A DNA stretch of 64,000 bases from Oligoflexia bacterium (lineage in GTDB: Bacteria > Bdellovibrionota > UBA1018). The translations under genes and the position numbers were made by a program. Below the pieces are notes generated by a model. That model had not been told where the DNA came from. It made no database searches and was given only the letters and a program-made list of their open reading frames with translations. This document shows positions 63,504-64,000 of the stretch, piece by piece (within the stretch, counting starts at the first letter, position 1; each line of letters begins with the position of its first letter). The stretch covers positions 14,966-78,965 of the forward strand of contig JACMQW010000064.1 of NCBI GenBank assembly GCA_014376785.1, in the 5' to 3' direction.

Positions 63504-64000
63504 TTTCGTTTTTCCATTTCAGAATGGAAGTACTTAAACGTCCGCGAAAGCCCTTCTGTTAAACCCACTTTAGGTTCCCAGCCGAGTTTCATACGGGCCA
63601 CTGAAATGTCGGGGCAACGTTTTTTCGGATCATCCTGCCGGCCGGGAAGTGACTGAATGGGCATTTCTTGGAAGCCATCGATTCGAGCCTGTTCGCGGAC
63701 GGCTTCCGCAAATTCACGAATCGTTCGTTCGGAAGGATTTCCGATATTTGTCGGAGCGCTCAGATCTGAATCAAAATAACGAAGAATTCCTTCCACGAGG
63801 TCATCCACGTAACAAAAGGACCGAGTCTGCATTCCATCTCCATGAATCGTCAGCGGCTTCTCCTGCAAGGCTTGCATGCAAAGTTCTGGGACCACACGAC
63901 CATCGTCAGGACGCATCCTCGGCCCATAGGTATTAAAGATTCGAACGATTCCGCCGTTTAATCCTTTTTTACCAGAAGCATTCGCACGGCTTCCATAATC
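63500..64000 (-). CDS. UDP-glucuronate decarboxylase-like SDR epimerase/dehydratase (5' part outside the window)
   Basis: IVRIFNTYGPRM..DDGRVV, GDG.QTRSFCYVDDL, NIGNP, DDP..R.PDI; frame open to the window end. Confidence 0.9.
   Translation of the reverse strand, partial: DYGSRANASGKKGLNGGIVRIFNTYGPRMRPDDGRVVPELCMQALQEKPLTIHGDGMQTRSFCYVDDLVEGILRYFDSDLSAPTNIGNPSERTIREFAEAVREQARIDGFQEMPIQSLPGRQDDPKKRCPDISVARMKLGWEPKVGLTEGLSRTFKYFHSEMEKRN

Overview
Bacterial chromosomal window, densely coding, mostly housekeeping and signalling genes. The gene content suggests a Bdellovibrionota/Oligoflexia-like (delta-proteobacterial grade) organism; this is inference from the PilZ, HD-GYP, GYF_2, Flp/Tad, CHASE2 cyclase and sigma54 activator genes. 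Recognisable genes include glpK, radA, ligA, purA, serA, pdxH, hutG, a thiolase, two SWIM-finger SNF2-type genes, a Ski2-like helicase, two membrane desaturases, glycosyltransferases, tRNA-Arg(ACG) and tRNA-Lys(TTT). I saw no CRISPR array, transposase, integrase or rRNA. Best leads: (1) an unannotated, multi-domain structured RNA candidate at about 44570-44835 whose last long stem overlaps its terminator, plus a second structured spacer at about 41920-42150 sharing short motifs with it, the two flanking a GAF-sigma54 activator locus; (2) a eukaryote-like DES1/DEGS sphingolipid desaturase; (3) a LigA that has lost its Cys4 zinc finger; (4) a sigma28-like promoter firing antisense through a cheY-like gene toward a cyclase operon; (5) four sigma54-like promoters within about 4 kb, between two decayed histidine-kinase pseudogenes; (6) an orphan Flp/Tad pilin cassette. 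All calls are by eye; no searches or folding programs were run.
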